Shown here: piece by piece, positions 7,336-15,287 of the stretch | Layout: every line of letters begins with the position of its first letter | Numbering within the stretch: the first letter of the stretch is position 1 | Assembly: GCF_000020025.1 (NCBI RefSeq) | Contig: NC_010628.1 | Span: 7,170,001-7,202,000, forward strand | Source of the DNA: Nostoc punctiforme PCC 73102 | GTDB lineage: Bacteria; Cyanobacteriota; Cyanobacteriia; Cyanobacteriales; Nostocaceae | DNA length: 32,000 nucleotides | Direction of reading: 5' to 3' | Made by a program: the position numbers and the translations under genes | Notes under the pieces: generated by a model | Databases searched by the model: none | Told to the model about the DNA's origin: nothing | Seen by the model: the letters and a program-made list of their open reading frames with translations, nothing else

Positions 7336-7487
7336 AGAAATTTATTGAACAGAATTCAGGAGTCAGAATGGGCTAAACGCCCCGCTACCGCTAACAGAAT
7401 GAATTTTGACCGAAAACGCGGATAGCGCCGCGTCTCGTAGAGAGGTCAAGATTGGTGAATTCTAAATTCTGAATTCTGAATTCTGAA
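7336..7487. repeat. Heptamer-armed hairpin element filling the phnD-phnC spacer
   Basis: The left arm is CAGAATTCAGGAGTCAGAAT (7350-7369). The right arm is four tandem AATTCTG heptamers (~7458-7485), complementary to the left arm. The core contains the GCGTCTCGTAGAGAG mini-hairpin shared with other elements in the window. Confidence 0.75.
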
Positions 7488-8468
7488 TTATGGTTCAATG
7501 CCAGCAATTTGCAGAGCATTACGGATAGTTGCTAGGTGACGATCGTGGTCAATTCGCACTAACTCTGTGGAATTATACAAGTCGGTTAGCAATTTATTAT
7601 TTTGCGACTTATTTAATTTCAGTAAACCGTTGATGATTTTTTCCCGTGTTGGAGCTGGAACATCATCATCAATGGCAATACCGTGGGCAGGTACACCATT
7701 AATTTTGTGCAGAACCCGTAACTTACTCTTCTCTTCTGCGGTGATATAAGGTGGATTGAGAGCATATTCTGACACAACAGCCACATCAGCTTGACCGCGC
7801 ACAACTGCTTGCAAGGCTTTGCTGTAATTGCCGCCGTAAGAAATTTGACCAAAGAAACCATCTAAGCGATCGCGGTTGGGTACAAATTTTTGTTTGACCA
7901 ACTCAGCGACAGGGATAATAAACCCAGAGCCAGAAGTAGGGGAAGTAAAAGCAATTTTTTTGCCCCGCAGTTGTTCCAAAGTGGCTTTAGCTGAATTTTG
8001 AGTTTTTAGGGGACTATTCTTAGGAACAACAAATGTTGAGCTATAGGTGTATCTTCCAGAATAAGTAGGACGAACTTCGGCTAGATACAAGCTGGCGTTT
8101 GCTAATTGTTTCGCTTTCAAAGCCGGACGGCTACTTAAAAAAGCGACATCAGCCCGGTTTGCTCTCAAAGCTTCCACAGCAGCTGTATCATCACCAACTT
8201 GGGCGACGACTGGAATTCCTAACTCTTTGGATAAAAAAGCTCCTACCGCATTTGCCTTATTTTGCAAGTCTGTAGAATCAGCACGGCTAGGAAAAATTAT
8301 TGTTAAAGCCTTTAGATTTTGGGCAAGTAAGCGTGGTGTTTGTTGATTAGCGGTGGGGTTGGCGATCGTTGCCTGCATAGCCCCTACTGTGCTGACTACT
8401 AAACCTGTAAGCACTACAAATGCTGCACCAGCACCCAATAAGCTCTTTTTCCTCACACTCATTTGCAA
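7488..8468 (-). CDS. phnD: Phosphate/phosphite/phosphonate ABC transporter periplasmic binding protein
   Basis: 326 aa with an N-terminal signal-like hydrophobic segment. PhnD-family body (..KKIAFTSPTSGSGFIIP.., ..GQADVAVVSEY..). Confidence 0.8.
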   Translation of the reverse strand: MQMSVRKKSLLGAGAAFVVLTGLVVSTVGAMQATIANPTANQQTPRLLAQNLKALTIIFPSRADSTDLQNKANAVGAFLSKELGIPVVAQVGDDTAAVEALRANRADVAFLSSRPALKAKQLANASLYLAEVRPTYSGRYTYSSTFVVPKNSPLKTQNSAKATLEQLRGKKIAFTSPTSGSGFIIPVAELVKQKFVPNRDRLDGFFGQISYGGNYSKALQAVVRGQADVAVVSEYALNPPYITAEEKSKLRVLHKINGVPAHGIAIDDDVPAPTREKIINGLLKLNKSQNNKLLTDLYNSTELVRIDHDRHLATIRNALQIAGIEP

Positions 8469-8614
8469 CTCTCCATTAGGAAGTTTTATCAGTTCTTTTG
8501 CTAATTAATTGCAATTAACTCCTAAAAAATATTTAAGCCTTTTAAGAATAAAAGTCAATAACAAAGCCTAGTTTGTTTGGAGAGTTGTAGACTTATTTTG
8601 TGAATGTATTGGCA

Positions 8615-9910
8615 CTAACCGCTAATTACAGCGATCGCATCAATCTCTACCAACACATCTTTAGGTAAGCGCGATACCTGAACACAAGCCCGCGCTGGGG
8701 CTGTATTTTCCGGGAAATATTTAGCATAAACGGCATTCACCGCCGCGAAATCATTCATATCAGCTAAAAATACAGTGGTCTTCACCACGTCTTGAAAAGT
8801 TGCTCCGGCTGCTGTGAGGATGGCTTCAAGATTAGCTAATACCTGCTCAGTTTGCTTTTTGACATCATCAGTGTAGACGACATCACCAAGGCGGGGATCG
8901 ATGGCAATTTGTCCAGCTATGAATACAAATTGACCTGAAGCTGCGATCGCTTGATTATAAGGACCCACTGGTGCAGGTGCGTTATCAGTATTAATTACTT
9001 TACGGGTCATAGATATTACTTTCTCTAACGATGTTTCCTGTTTACCGATTTCTGCTTCAGCTGCGATCGGTTTGTAAACTTCTCCATCTGGCATTATCGC
9101 ACGGCTAAAGTCAGCATCTTCAATTAGCCATCCGTAAGTAGCAGCATCGGTCAAGTCTGCTCTGGTCAAATTGGTTTCTTTCAAATTTACGTTTTTTAAA
9201 TCTGCTCCTTGGAGAACTGCTCTCTCCAAATTTGCTCTTTGGAGAGAAGATTCTTTGAGGTTTACTTGTGCGAGATTGGCTCCAGACAAATCAGAGCCAG
9301 TCAGATTTAATCCTGATAGATTAAAATTCTGTAAATTTACAGCTTGCAGTTTAGCACCCTGTAGATTTGCCTTCTGAAAGTTCACACCCTGTAAGTTGGC
9401 TCTACTCAAATCCGCTCCTACTAAGGAAACTCCATTAAAGTCTATACTACTGAGTGTTGAATTACTCAAATCTGCTCCTACTAAGGACACTTCTCTCAGT
9501 TTTGTATTACTCAAATTTGCATTACTCAAATTTGCCTTGTCTAAGTTGGCATGGCTTAAGTTTGCACTACTTAGATTTGCTCTGATGAAATTAACACTGG
9601 TTAAGTTTGCACCATTAAAATTTGCTGATGACTGTACCCGATTTCGATTCTCCCAAAGCTCTGAACCATTCACCTCACTCAAATTTGCACCTGATAGGGA
9701 TGCTTTACTGAAATCGGTTCCGTTAATTTTTGCGTTTGTCAGATTTGCTTTAGTTAAATCTGCACCTTTAAAATTTGCAGCAGTCAGGTCGGCATTAGAT
9801 AAGTCTATTTGCATTAGGTCTGTATTTCTGAGGTCTGCTTTTCTCAGTACTGCTCCTTGAAAGTTTCGTTGTCCTTCGGCGTATTTCTCTAACAGTTCCT
9901 CAGCATCCAT
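8615..9910 (-). CDS. Pentapeptide-repeat domain fused to a RidA/YjgF (reactive intermediate deaminase) domain
   Basis: A single 431-aa ORF. Residues ~17-268 are A(D/N)LxX repeats. Residues 301-431 ([44 protein letters not shown]) are a full-length RidA domain. An internal ATG at nt 9010 could also give a stand-alone RidA. Confidence 0.8.
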   Translation of the reverse strand: MDAEELLEKYAEGQRNFQGAVLRKADLRNTDLMQIDLSNADLTAANFKGADLTKANLTNAKINGTDFSKASLSGANLSEVNGSELWENRNRVQSSANFNGANLTSVNFIRANLSSANLSHANLDKANLSNANLSNTKLREVSLVGADLSNSTLSSIDFNGVSLVGADLSRANLQGVNFQKANLQGAKLQAVNLQNFNLSGLNLTGSDLSGANLAQVNLKESSLQRANLERAVLQGADLKNVNLKETNLTRADLTDAATYGWLIEDADFSRAIMPDGEVYKPIAAEAEIGKQETSLEKVISMTRKVINTDNAPAPVGPYNQAIAASGQFVFIAGQIAIDPRLGDVVYTDDVKKQTEQVLANLEAILTAAGATFQDVVKTTVFLADMNDFAAVNAVYAKYFPENTAPARACVQVSRLPKDVLVEIDAIAVISG

Positions 9911-9930
9911 AATGCACCTTTAAATACCAC

Positions 9931-9962
9931 TGACACAGTATAATCACAAAAACTTTGTGTCA
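9931..9962. promoter_or_regulatory. Dyad-flanked -10 elements in the divergent spacer upstream of the PRP-RidA gene
   Basis: The inverted repeat TGACACA (9931-9937) / TGTGTCA (9956-9962) flanks TATAAT on the + strand (9939-9944). That hexamer overlaps TATACT on the - strand (9937-9942), ~30 nt upstream of the ATG at 9910. Confidence 0.3.
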
Positions 9963-9964
9963 CA

Positions 9965-10052
9965 GGTATTCCTCTCTTTTCTTCCTTCGTGCCCTTTGCG
10001 CCTTCGCGGTTCGTTCCTCTTATCCCAACCTCGAACACATCCCCATAATGCC
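9965..10052. repeat. ~86-bp dispersed repeat, copy A
   Basis: ATTCCTCTC..GCGCCTTCGCGGTTCGTTCCTCTTATCCCAACCTCGAACACATCCCCATAATGCC is highly similar to 12044-12129 in the same orientation. Confidence 0.85.
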
Positions 10053-10115
10053 ATCAAGTCAGCATCACGATCGCATTCGTATAATACTGTTACGACAAAC
10101 TGTAAAACATCATTG

Positions 10116-10423
10116 ATGAATATTAAAGAAGTACTCCTCCAAGAAATTGAATCATCCTCAGATGTTCTACTAGCCCAAACCTAGATTTTTTGCGTTTTCT
10201 CAAAACAAAACCAAGAACCGAGGAAATATCTCTTGACCTGTCAACGGAAAAAAATGATGATACTTCCAATCATGAAACAAAACCAGAAATACAGGAAGCA
10301 ACACCAATTCTTAAAGGCTCTAAAGCAGAAGACTTACTAAAATTTGCCGGAACCTGGCAAGGGGATGATTTTGAGGAGTGCTTGCAGCTTGTTTACGAAA
10401 CCCGTTCCTCGGCTGAATTTTAG
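10116..10423 (+). pseudogene. DUF2281-like antitoxin-type gene disrupted by a 1-nt frameshift
   Basis: MNIKEVLLQEIESSSDVLLAQT stops at the TAG at 10182-10184. The +1 frame continues from 10190 as (L)RFLKTKP...LLKFAGTWQGDDFEECLQLVYETR. Adding one T in ACC-T-AGATTTTTTG restores ..LAQTLDFLRFLKTK.., the usual motif of this family. Confidence 0.7.
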
Positions 10424-10453
10424 TGATGTACTATCAACTGCTCTGCACTATAA

Positions 10454-11902
10454 CCCTCTTCTGTCACTTTCCGGAATAAGGAAGTAGTAAAGAAGCTAAA
10501 TCATCCAGAAGCATAACAGGGTTTAAATTGATTCATGGCTGCAATTAAATGATTGAATCCCAGTAATAACTGTGAATTAGGGAAAATATCGAGCCAAGGA
10601 TAAATCAACCAAAATAGTAAGAGTGGTTGGACGATTAGACGCAGATTATTTAAAACATTCTTCCATCCAGATTCATGATTCCATTGTTGATGATTAGAAA
10701 AGTCAATATGACTAGTTCTTTGCCCCTCAGCCTCAATTTGGCGAGATTGATTTAAGGCTAACAAGGCTGGAGAATTCAAACTAATCATCGTGTAAACGCA
10801 AAAAATAATCTCCCACCACCTCTCAATATGTTGAAAATTTGTGAAACGATAATCTGTCCAGCCTAGTTCTTGTTTACACTGTCGAAAACCATATTCAACC
10901 CAGGTTCTTAATCCATATAAGTCGCCTAAAGTCTTTTTCAAATTCCCTTGAAGATTCGTCATCACGAAGGAGGTAGAATTTTCTGGCATGGTTTCTGGGT
11001 CAGTAGTTATTTCCCAGTAAGTTATGGTTCTTTTTTTACCATAAATTATTTCTCTAATGTATCTAGTCTCTGATTTTTGATTACTAAATGTTCTCTCAAA
11101 TTTACACCAATTGTTTGCTCTAACACTTTGCCCTGCTGGCAACCAGACTCCATGATTACTTCTAATTGCTACCACATAGGCTAAGTTATATTCATCCAGT
11201 TTTCTAATAAATTGGCTACTTTCACCATATAAACTATCTGCCAGTACCAGTTCAATCTGAAAGCCCTCTTCCATTAACTCTGTAATCATTTCTGACGCTA
11301 ACTCTATTTTAGTTTTATATTTATCTCCCTCTTTCAGCGTCCCTTTTGGTTTAAACACTTTTACCATTAATGGAAAGGTTATATTAGAGTAAACTCCATA
11401 AGCATTGACTGAAACTATTCCATTATCAATTTTTCCCACACTTCCTAAGTATTGTCTCGCCACATAGTCAGTCTTTTTACCTTTTTTTCTATCTCCAGTT
11501 TCATCTATTACTACTGTAATCGCCTGACCATTCAATACTTGCTTAAGTTTATTTAATCTTCGTTGTTTTAATTCATCTACTGACCAATCTGAATTTGCCA
11601 GGAAATGATGTAATGATTGGGCTGAGTTTATACTTACTACCTTCGCTATCTCTGGTAATGATTTCCTTTTTATTGTTGATATGATTCCTAAGTGTAAATA
11701 TTTGAAACACTCATAATTTCTTACTTCCTTAAATAGGTCTTTATAATCTGCACAATATTCATCTATGATGGCAACTGTTGGGTGGGCATCTCTTGCCAAA
11801 TGTTTCAGTATTTGTAACTCTACATCCATTGCCCCACTTACCTTTCAAGGTTTTCTTTTTTTATTCTTTTATTCAGAATACCCGGAAAGTGACAGAAGAG
11901 GG
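10454..11902 (-). mobile_element. Intact IS701-like insertion sequence
   Basis: Perfect 21-bp terminal inverted repeats: CCCTCTTCTGTCACTTTCCGG at 10454-10474 and its reverse complement at 11882-11902. A 4-bp direct target duplication ATAA lies at 10450-10453 and 11903-11906. There is a single full-length transposase ORF. Confidence 0.85.
10501..11829 (-). CDS. DDE transposase (IS701 / IS4-superfamily like)
   Basis: 442 aa. Candidate DDE residues lie in VVIDETGDRKKG, LVLADSLYGESS and WVEYGFRQCKQELG. The N-terminal region (SLPEIAKVV..SAQSLHHFLANSDWSVDEL) is typical of IS701-type transposases. Confidence 0.8.
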   Translation of the reverse strand: MDVELQILKHLARDAHPTVAIIDEYCADYKDLFKEVRNYECFKYLHLGIISTIKRKSLPEIAKVVSINSAQSLHHFLANSDWSVDELKQRRLNKLKQVLNGQAITVVIDETGDRKKGKKTDYVARQYLGSVGKIDNGIVSVNAYGVYSNITFPLMVKVFKPKGTLKEGDKYKTKIELASEMITELMEEGFQIELVLADSLYGESSQFIRKLDEYNLAYVVAIRSNHGVWLPAGQSVRANNWCKFERTFSNQKSETRYIREIIYGKKRTITYWEITTDPETMPENSTSFVMTNLQGNLKKTLGDLYGLRTWVEYGFRQCKQELGWTDYRFTNFQHIERWWEIIFCVYTMISLNSPALLALNQSRQIEAEGQRTSHIDFSNHQQWNHESGWKNVLNNLRLIVQPLLLFWLIYPWLDIFPNSQLLLGFNHLIAAMNQFKPCYASG

Positions 11903-12043
11903 ATAACCTTACCGTCGTCTCAGGAGACAGCCATTTTCAAAGGATACAACAACTACGAGCCTTAGAATCTTGGCTTTGACATCCTCCCAACACCAACCGA
12001 TTCCTACGGAACGTTAACACAAACTGTATGTTGGGGAATTCCA

Positions 12044-12129
12044 GATATTCCTCTCCTCTTCTCTCTGCGCTCTCTGCGCCTCTGCGGTTCGTCCCTCTTA
12101 CCCCAACCTCGGACGTATCCCATAATGCC
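12044..12129. repeat. ~86-bp dispersed repeat, copy B
   Basis: Direct-orientation copy of 9965-10052. It overlaps the last ~10 codons and the stop codon of the NUDIX gene. Confidence 0.85.
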
Positions 12130-12529
12130 GATACCGCCAATAATCGCGCAGAATGCGATCGTGGTCAAAACATAAATTCCCCGGCACACACCAATACTCA
12201 AAAATTCCTACACCCTTGGCATCATCCCCAGCCTTTGGTTCCCCCGTAGCTGTCGCCAAAAATACAATGCTAATCGTATGCTGACGCGGATCGCGATTGG
12301 GGTCAGAATACACCAGTAATTGTTCAACTAATTCCACCTGCAAGCCCGTTTCTTCCTCAGCTTCTCGCCGGGCCGCCACTTCCACGGCTTCCCCATAATC
12401 TACAAACCCACCAGGAATAGCCCAACCTAAAGGTAGATTATGTCTTTCAATTAACACTATTGGCCGATGAGGTCGATCTACTAGTTCAATGATGATATCA
12501 ACTGTTGGTGCAGGATTTCGGTAAGTCAT
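12098..12529 (-). CDS. NUDIX hydrolase
   Basis: Nudix box [24 protein letters not shown] (GX5EX7REUXEEXGU). Confidence 0.85.
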   Translation of the reverse strand: MTYRNPAPTVDIIIELVDRPHRPIVLIERHNLPLGWAIPGGFVDYGEAVEVAARREAEEETGLQVELVEQLLVYSDPNRDPRQHTISIVFLATATGEPKAGDDAKGVGIFEYWCVPGNLCFDHDRILRDYWRYRHYGIRPRLG

Positions 12530-12533
12530 ATTT

Positions 12534-12688
12534 ATGAGTCATTGGTCATTAGTCATTGGTCATTAGTCATTGGTCATTTGTACTGAGTTTCGACTGCGCT
12601 CAACTACCGCGTAGTCGTTGGCGTAGCTTCTCGTTAGAGAAGTATTAGTTATTCACAAAGGACAAATGACAAAGGACAAATGACAATC
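12534..12688. repeat. Heptamer-armed (STRR-like) intergenic element
   Basis: The left arm is (TCATTGG/TCATTAG)n at 12536-12580 and the right arm is (GACAAAT/GACAAAG)n at ~12655-12688. The core has a CTTCTC-GTTA-GAGAAG mini-hairpin. It is homologous to 31677-31826. Confidence 0.85.
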
Positions 12689-12823
12689 AAAATGAGTTTA
12701 CTTGATTTACCGTGCAAATACTGTTCCGTGATAAATTCGATGCGTTGGCTTTGCCACTGCCCCTTGGGCAATCGCGTAGCGTGTGCATCAAACAATTGCT
12801 CTCTCTCATAATTCAGGTTACTT

Positions 12824-14332
12824 ATGCCTTTTCCTAGATCCAGTGGTATTTTGCTGCATCCTACATCCTTTCCTAGTCGATTTGGCGTTGGAGATTTAGG
12901 CTTAGAAGCCTATCGCTTTATTGATTTTCTCAAAGATAGCCATCAACAATATTGGCAAGTTTTACCCCTAGGCCCCACTGGATATGGTAATTCCCCGTAT
13001 ATGTGCTACTCGGCAATGGCAGGAAATCCCCTGTTGATTAGCCCAGAAAAACTACGAGATAAGGGTTTGCTAACTGAAGAAGACTTTGCTAATTTACCAG
13101 GATTTCCGGTAGAAAAGGTAGACTTTGACCAGGTTGTACCAATTAAGATTGGGCTACTTAAAAAAGCCTGTGAAAGCTTTAAAGTGAATGCTACGGACAT
13201 CCAAAAAAACGAGTTTGCAGGTTTTTGCGACAGTAAAGCTTACTGGCTAGAGAATTACGCCTTATTTATGGCGCTGAAAGATGCCCACGAAAATGCAAGC
13301 TGGCATACATGGGAGCCAGAATTTGTCAAGCGTAAACCCGAAGCATTAGCTCAAGCAGAGGAGCGGCTCAATGGAGATATTTTCTATTACAAGTTCGTCC
13401 AATTTGAGTTTTTCCGGCAGTGGTCAGACCTGAAAAGCTACGCCAATATGCGCGGTATTGACATTATCGGCGATATCCCGATTTACGTATCTCATGATAG
13501 TGCCGATGTGTGGGCACATCCCAACATCTTTTGCTTAGATGAAGAGACAGGAGAAGCTGCTCAAATGGCGGGAGTCCCACCAGATTACTTTAGCGCCACC
13601 GGTCAATTGTGGGGCAACCCAGTTTATAACTGGGAGGAATTACAAAAACAAGACTTTAAATGGTGGGTACAGCGCTTTGAGGCAATGCTGGATTATGTAG
13701 ATATAATTCGCATTGACCATTTCCGGGGCTTCGAAGCTTATTGGTCAGTACCCAAAGGCGAAGAAACTGCCATGAATGGCAAATGGGTGGAAGCGCCTGG
13801 AGACGCTTTTTTTGAAGCGATTAGACAAAAATTAGGTAAGCTACCCGTCTTGGCAGAAGATTTGGGAGTAATTACATTAGAAGTAGAAGCGCTACGAGAT
13901 AAGTATGAATTTCCGGGGATGAAGGTTTTGCAGTTTGCCTTTGGTTCTGATCCCGGTAATCCATTCTTACCATTCAATTACCCGCGAAATGCTGTAGTTT
14001 ATACTGGCACTCACGATAATGACACAACTGTAGGCTGGTTCAATTCAGCTAACGACTACGAAAAGCACAATTTGTTGCTTTATTTAGGTTGTGTTAGCCC
14101 TGAAGGTATTCACTGGGATCTGATTCGCCTAGCTTTGAGTTCCATAGCCAACCAAGCGATTATTCCCTTGCAAGATGTTTTGGGATTAGGAAACGAAGCG
14201 CGGATGAATTTTCCTAGTACTGCTGAGGGTAACTGGGGGTGGCGCTATCAAGCAGAAGCGTTGAGAGATGAATTACGCGATCGCTTAAAAGTTCTTACCA
14301 GACTTAATGGACGCGCCCCCCAAGAAAATTGA
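12824..14332 (+). CDS. malQ: 4-alpha-glucanotransferase (amylomaltase, GH77)
   Basis: 502 aa. The N-terminus PRSSGILLHPTSFPS, and the motifs GDIPIYVSHDSADVW, RIDHFRGF and TGTHDNDT, are characteristic of MalQ. Confidence 0.93.
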   Translation: MPFPRSSGILLHPTSFPSRFGVGDLGLEAYRFIDFLKDSHQQYWQVLPLGPTGYGNSPYMCYSAMAGNPLLISPEKLRDKGLLTEEDFANLPGFPVEKVDFDQVVPIKIGLLKKACESFKVNATDIQKNEFAGFCDSKAYWLENYALFMALKDAHENASWHTWEPEFVKRKPEALAQAEERLNGDIFYYKFVQFEFFRQWSDLKSYANMRGIDIIGDIPIYVSHDSADVWAHPNIFCLDEETGEAAQMAGVPPDYFSATGQLWGNPVYNWEELQKQDFKWWVQRFEAMLDYVDIIRIDHFRGFEAYWSVPKGEETAMNGKWVEAPGDAFFEAIRQKLGKLPVLAEDLGVITLEVEALRDKYEFPGMKVLQFAFGSDPGNPFLPFNYPRNAVVYTGTHDNDTTVGWFNSANDYEKHNLLLYLGCVSPEGIHWDLIRLALSSIANQAIIPLQDVLGLGNEARMNFPSTAEGNWGWRYQAEALRDELRDRLKVLTRLNGRAPQEN

Positions 14333-14344
14333 GAAGTGGGGAGT

Positions 14345-14425
14345 CGGGAGACAAGGCAGACAAGTGAGATAAGGGAGAGGGAGGCGTAAATGCCTCCTTG
14401 TCTCCTTGTCTCCTTGTCCCCCTCA
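14345..14425. terminator. Long hairpin between convergent genes (possible bidirectional terminator / repeat element)
   Basis: The central stem is GGAGGC-GTAAAT-GCCTCC (14380-14397). It is extended by GGAGACAAGG.. pairing with three tandem CCTTGTCT-type heptamers. It lies between the malQ stop and the RodZ-like gene stop. Confidence 0.45.
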
Positions 14426-14445
14426 TCCTCCTCATCTCCCTCATC

Positions 14446-15270
14446 TTAAAACTTAGGCTTGGCAGCAATCCTAACTTCTTCCTCTTTCCCTGGCTCTCCC
14501 ATTTCTTTGGCTTTCTCTTGATTGACGCTCATCAATACACCACCAGCATTATCAGTTTTCACTGTCAGTTGCTCTTGAGCTTTCCAAATCCGGTGAGTTC
14601 CCTCTGGGAGAATACCCTCAAACTCGGTTTTGCCATCGGCTATGACGCGAATCCAGGATGACGCTTTCAAAGTCACACCAATCTGTACAACTTGTCCCTG
14701 TTCAATGCTGCTAAGAGTATCGCTGACAGGTTGAACTTTTAGTGAATCTTTTGGTTGGGTTGGTTCTGGTTTAACAATGGACTTTTGTTTTGGGTATATT
14801 TGGTTTTGGCTATTACTTGCTTGTAGTACCGCGTTATTTAATAACTGAGATAAGCCATTTACAGAGCATACGATTAGCAAGATGTAAAGAAAGTAAAGAT
14901 GAATCGGACGTAGTTGATTAATGGGTGAAGTATTCCCCATACCTTGAGGATTTAATTGTGCAGAACTGATCGGAAAAGTGCCAGAAAATTCTACTCCATT
15001 CAAGCCTAGAGCATCGGCAAATTGCCTGATCAAACCTTGAATATAGATTGGTTCTGGGAGATCGTTTAAATTACCTTCTTCGATCGCCTGTAATAATCGC
15101 TGGGGAATTCTGGTTAATACAACTACTTGCTCTAGAGATAGGCCCTGTTCTTGACGCAAAGCCCAAAGTTGAGCGCCCAATTCTGCCAACTTTTCGGTTC
15201 GTTGTTGCTCTATTGAAAGCGATGGCTGGTGATTATTCTTCTTTCTTAGCCATTTCATGCCTACTGACAC
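14446..15270 (-). CDS. RodZ-like HTH membrane protein (XRE-type HTH + TM + DUF4115-like C-terminus)
   Basis: HTH segment LSLEQVVVLTRIPQRLLQAIEEG, one TM (IHLYFLYILLIVCSV), and a beta-rich C-terminal domain. It lies 17 bp downstream of the pseudouridine synthase gene. Confidence 0.6.
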   Translation of the reverse strand: MSVGMKWLRKKNNHQPSLSIEQQRTEKLAELGAQLWALRQEQGLSLEQVVVLTRIPQRLLQAIEEGNLNDLPEPIYIQGLIRQFADALGLNGVEFSGTFPISSAQLNPQGMGNTSPINQLRPIHLYFLYILLIVCSVNGLSQLLNNAVLQASNSQNQIYPKQKSIVKPEPTQPKDSLKVQPVSDTLSSIEQGQVVQIGVTLKASSWIRVIADGKTEFEGILPEGTHRIWKAQEQLTVKTDNAGGVLMSVNQEKAKEMGEPGKEEEVRIAAKPKF

Positions 15271-15287
15271 TCCTTAACTCCACTGAA

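Noticed and set aside
9171-9860. Plus-strand ORFs (68 and 154 aa) antisense to the pentapeptide-RidA gene, and similar antisense ORFs within the NACHT gene (1990-2232, 2383-2583, 3235-3516, 3577-3762, 4321-4515).
   Set aside because: The low-complexity repeat coding sequence keeps antisense frames open. The peptides are compositionally odd (SAP/KF-rich) and lie entirely inside well-supported genes.
9957-10115. The upstream part of ORF 9957-10184.
   Set aside because: It reads through dispersed repeat copy A (..LRLRGSFLLSQPRTHPHNA..). The family-typical N-terminus MNIKEVLLQEIE starts at 10116.
11937-12249. Three overlapping short ORFs (65-73 aa) around 12000-12250.
   Set aside because: They are encoded by dispersed repeat copy B or by the antisense of the NUDIX gene. 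The peptide composition (RRGAESAERRGEE) is typical of translated repeats.
14398-14661. An 87-aa plus-strand ORF.
   Set aside because: It starts inside the CCTTGTCT heptamer hairpin and runs antisense to the well-supported C-terminal domain of the RodZ-like gene.
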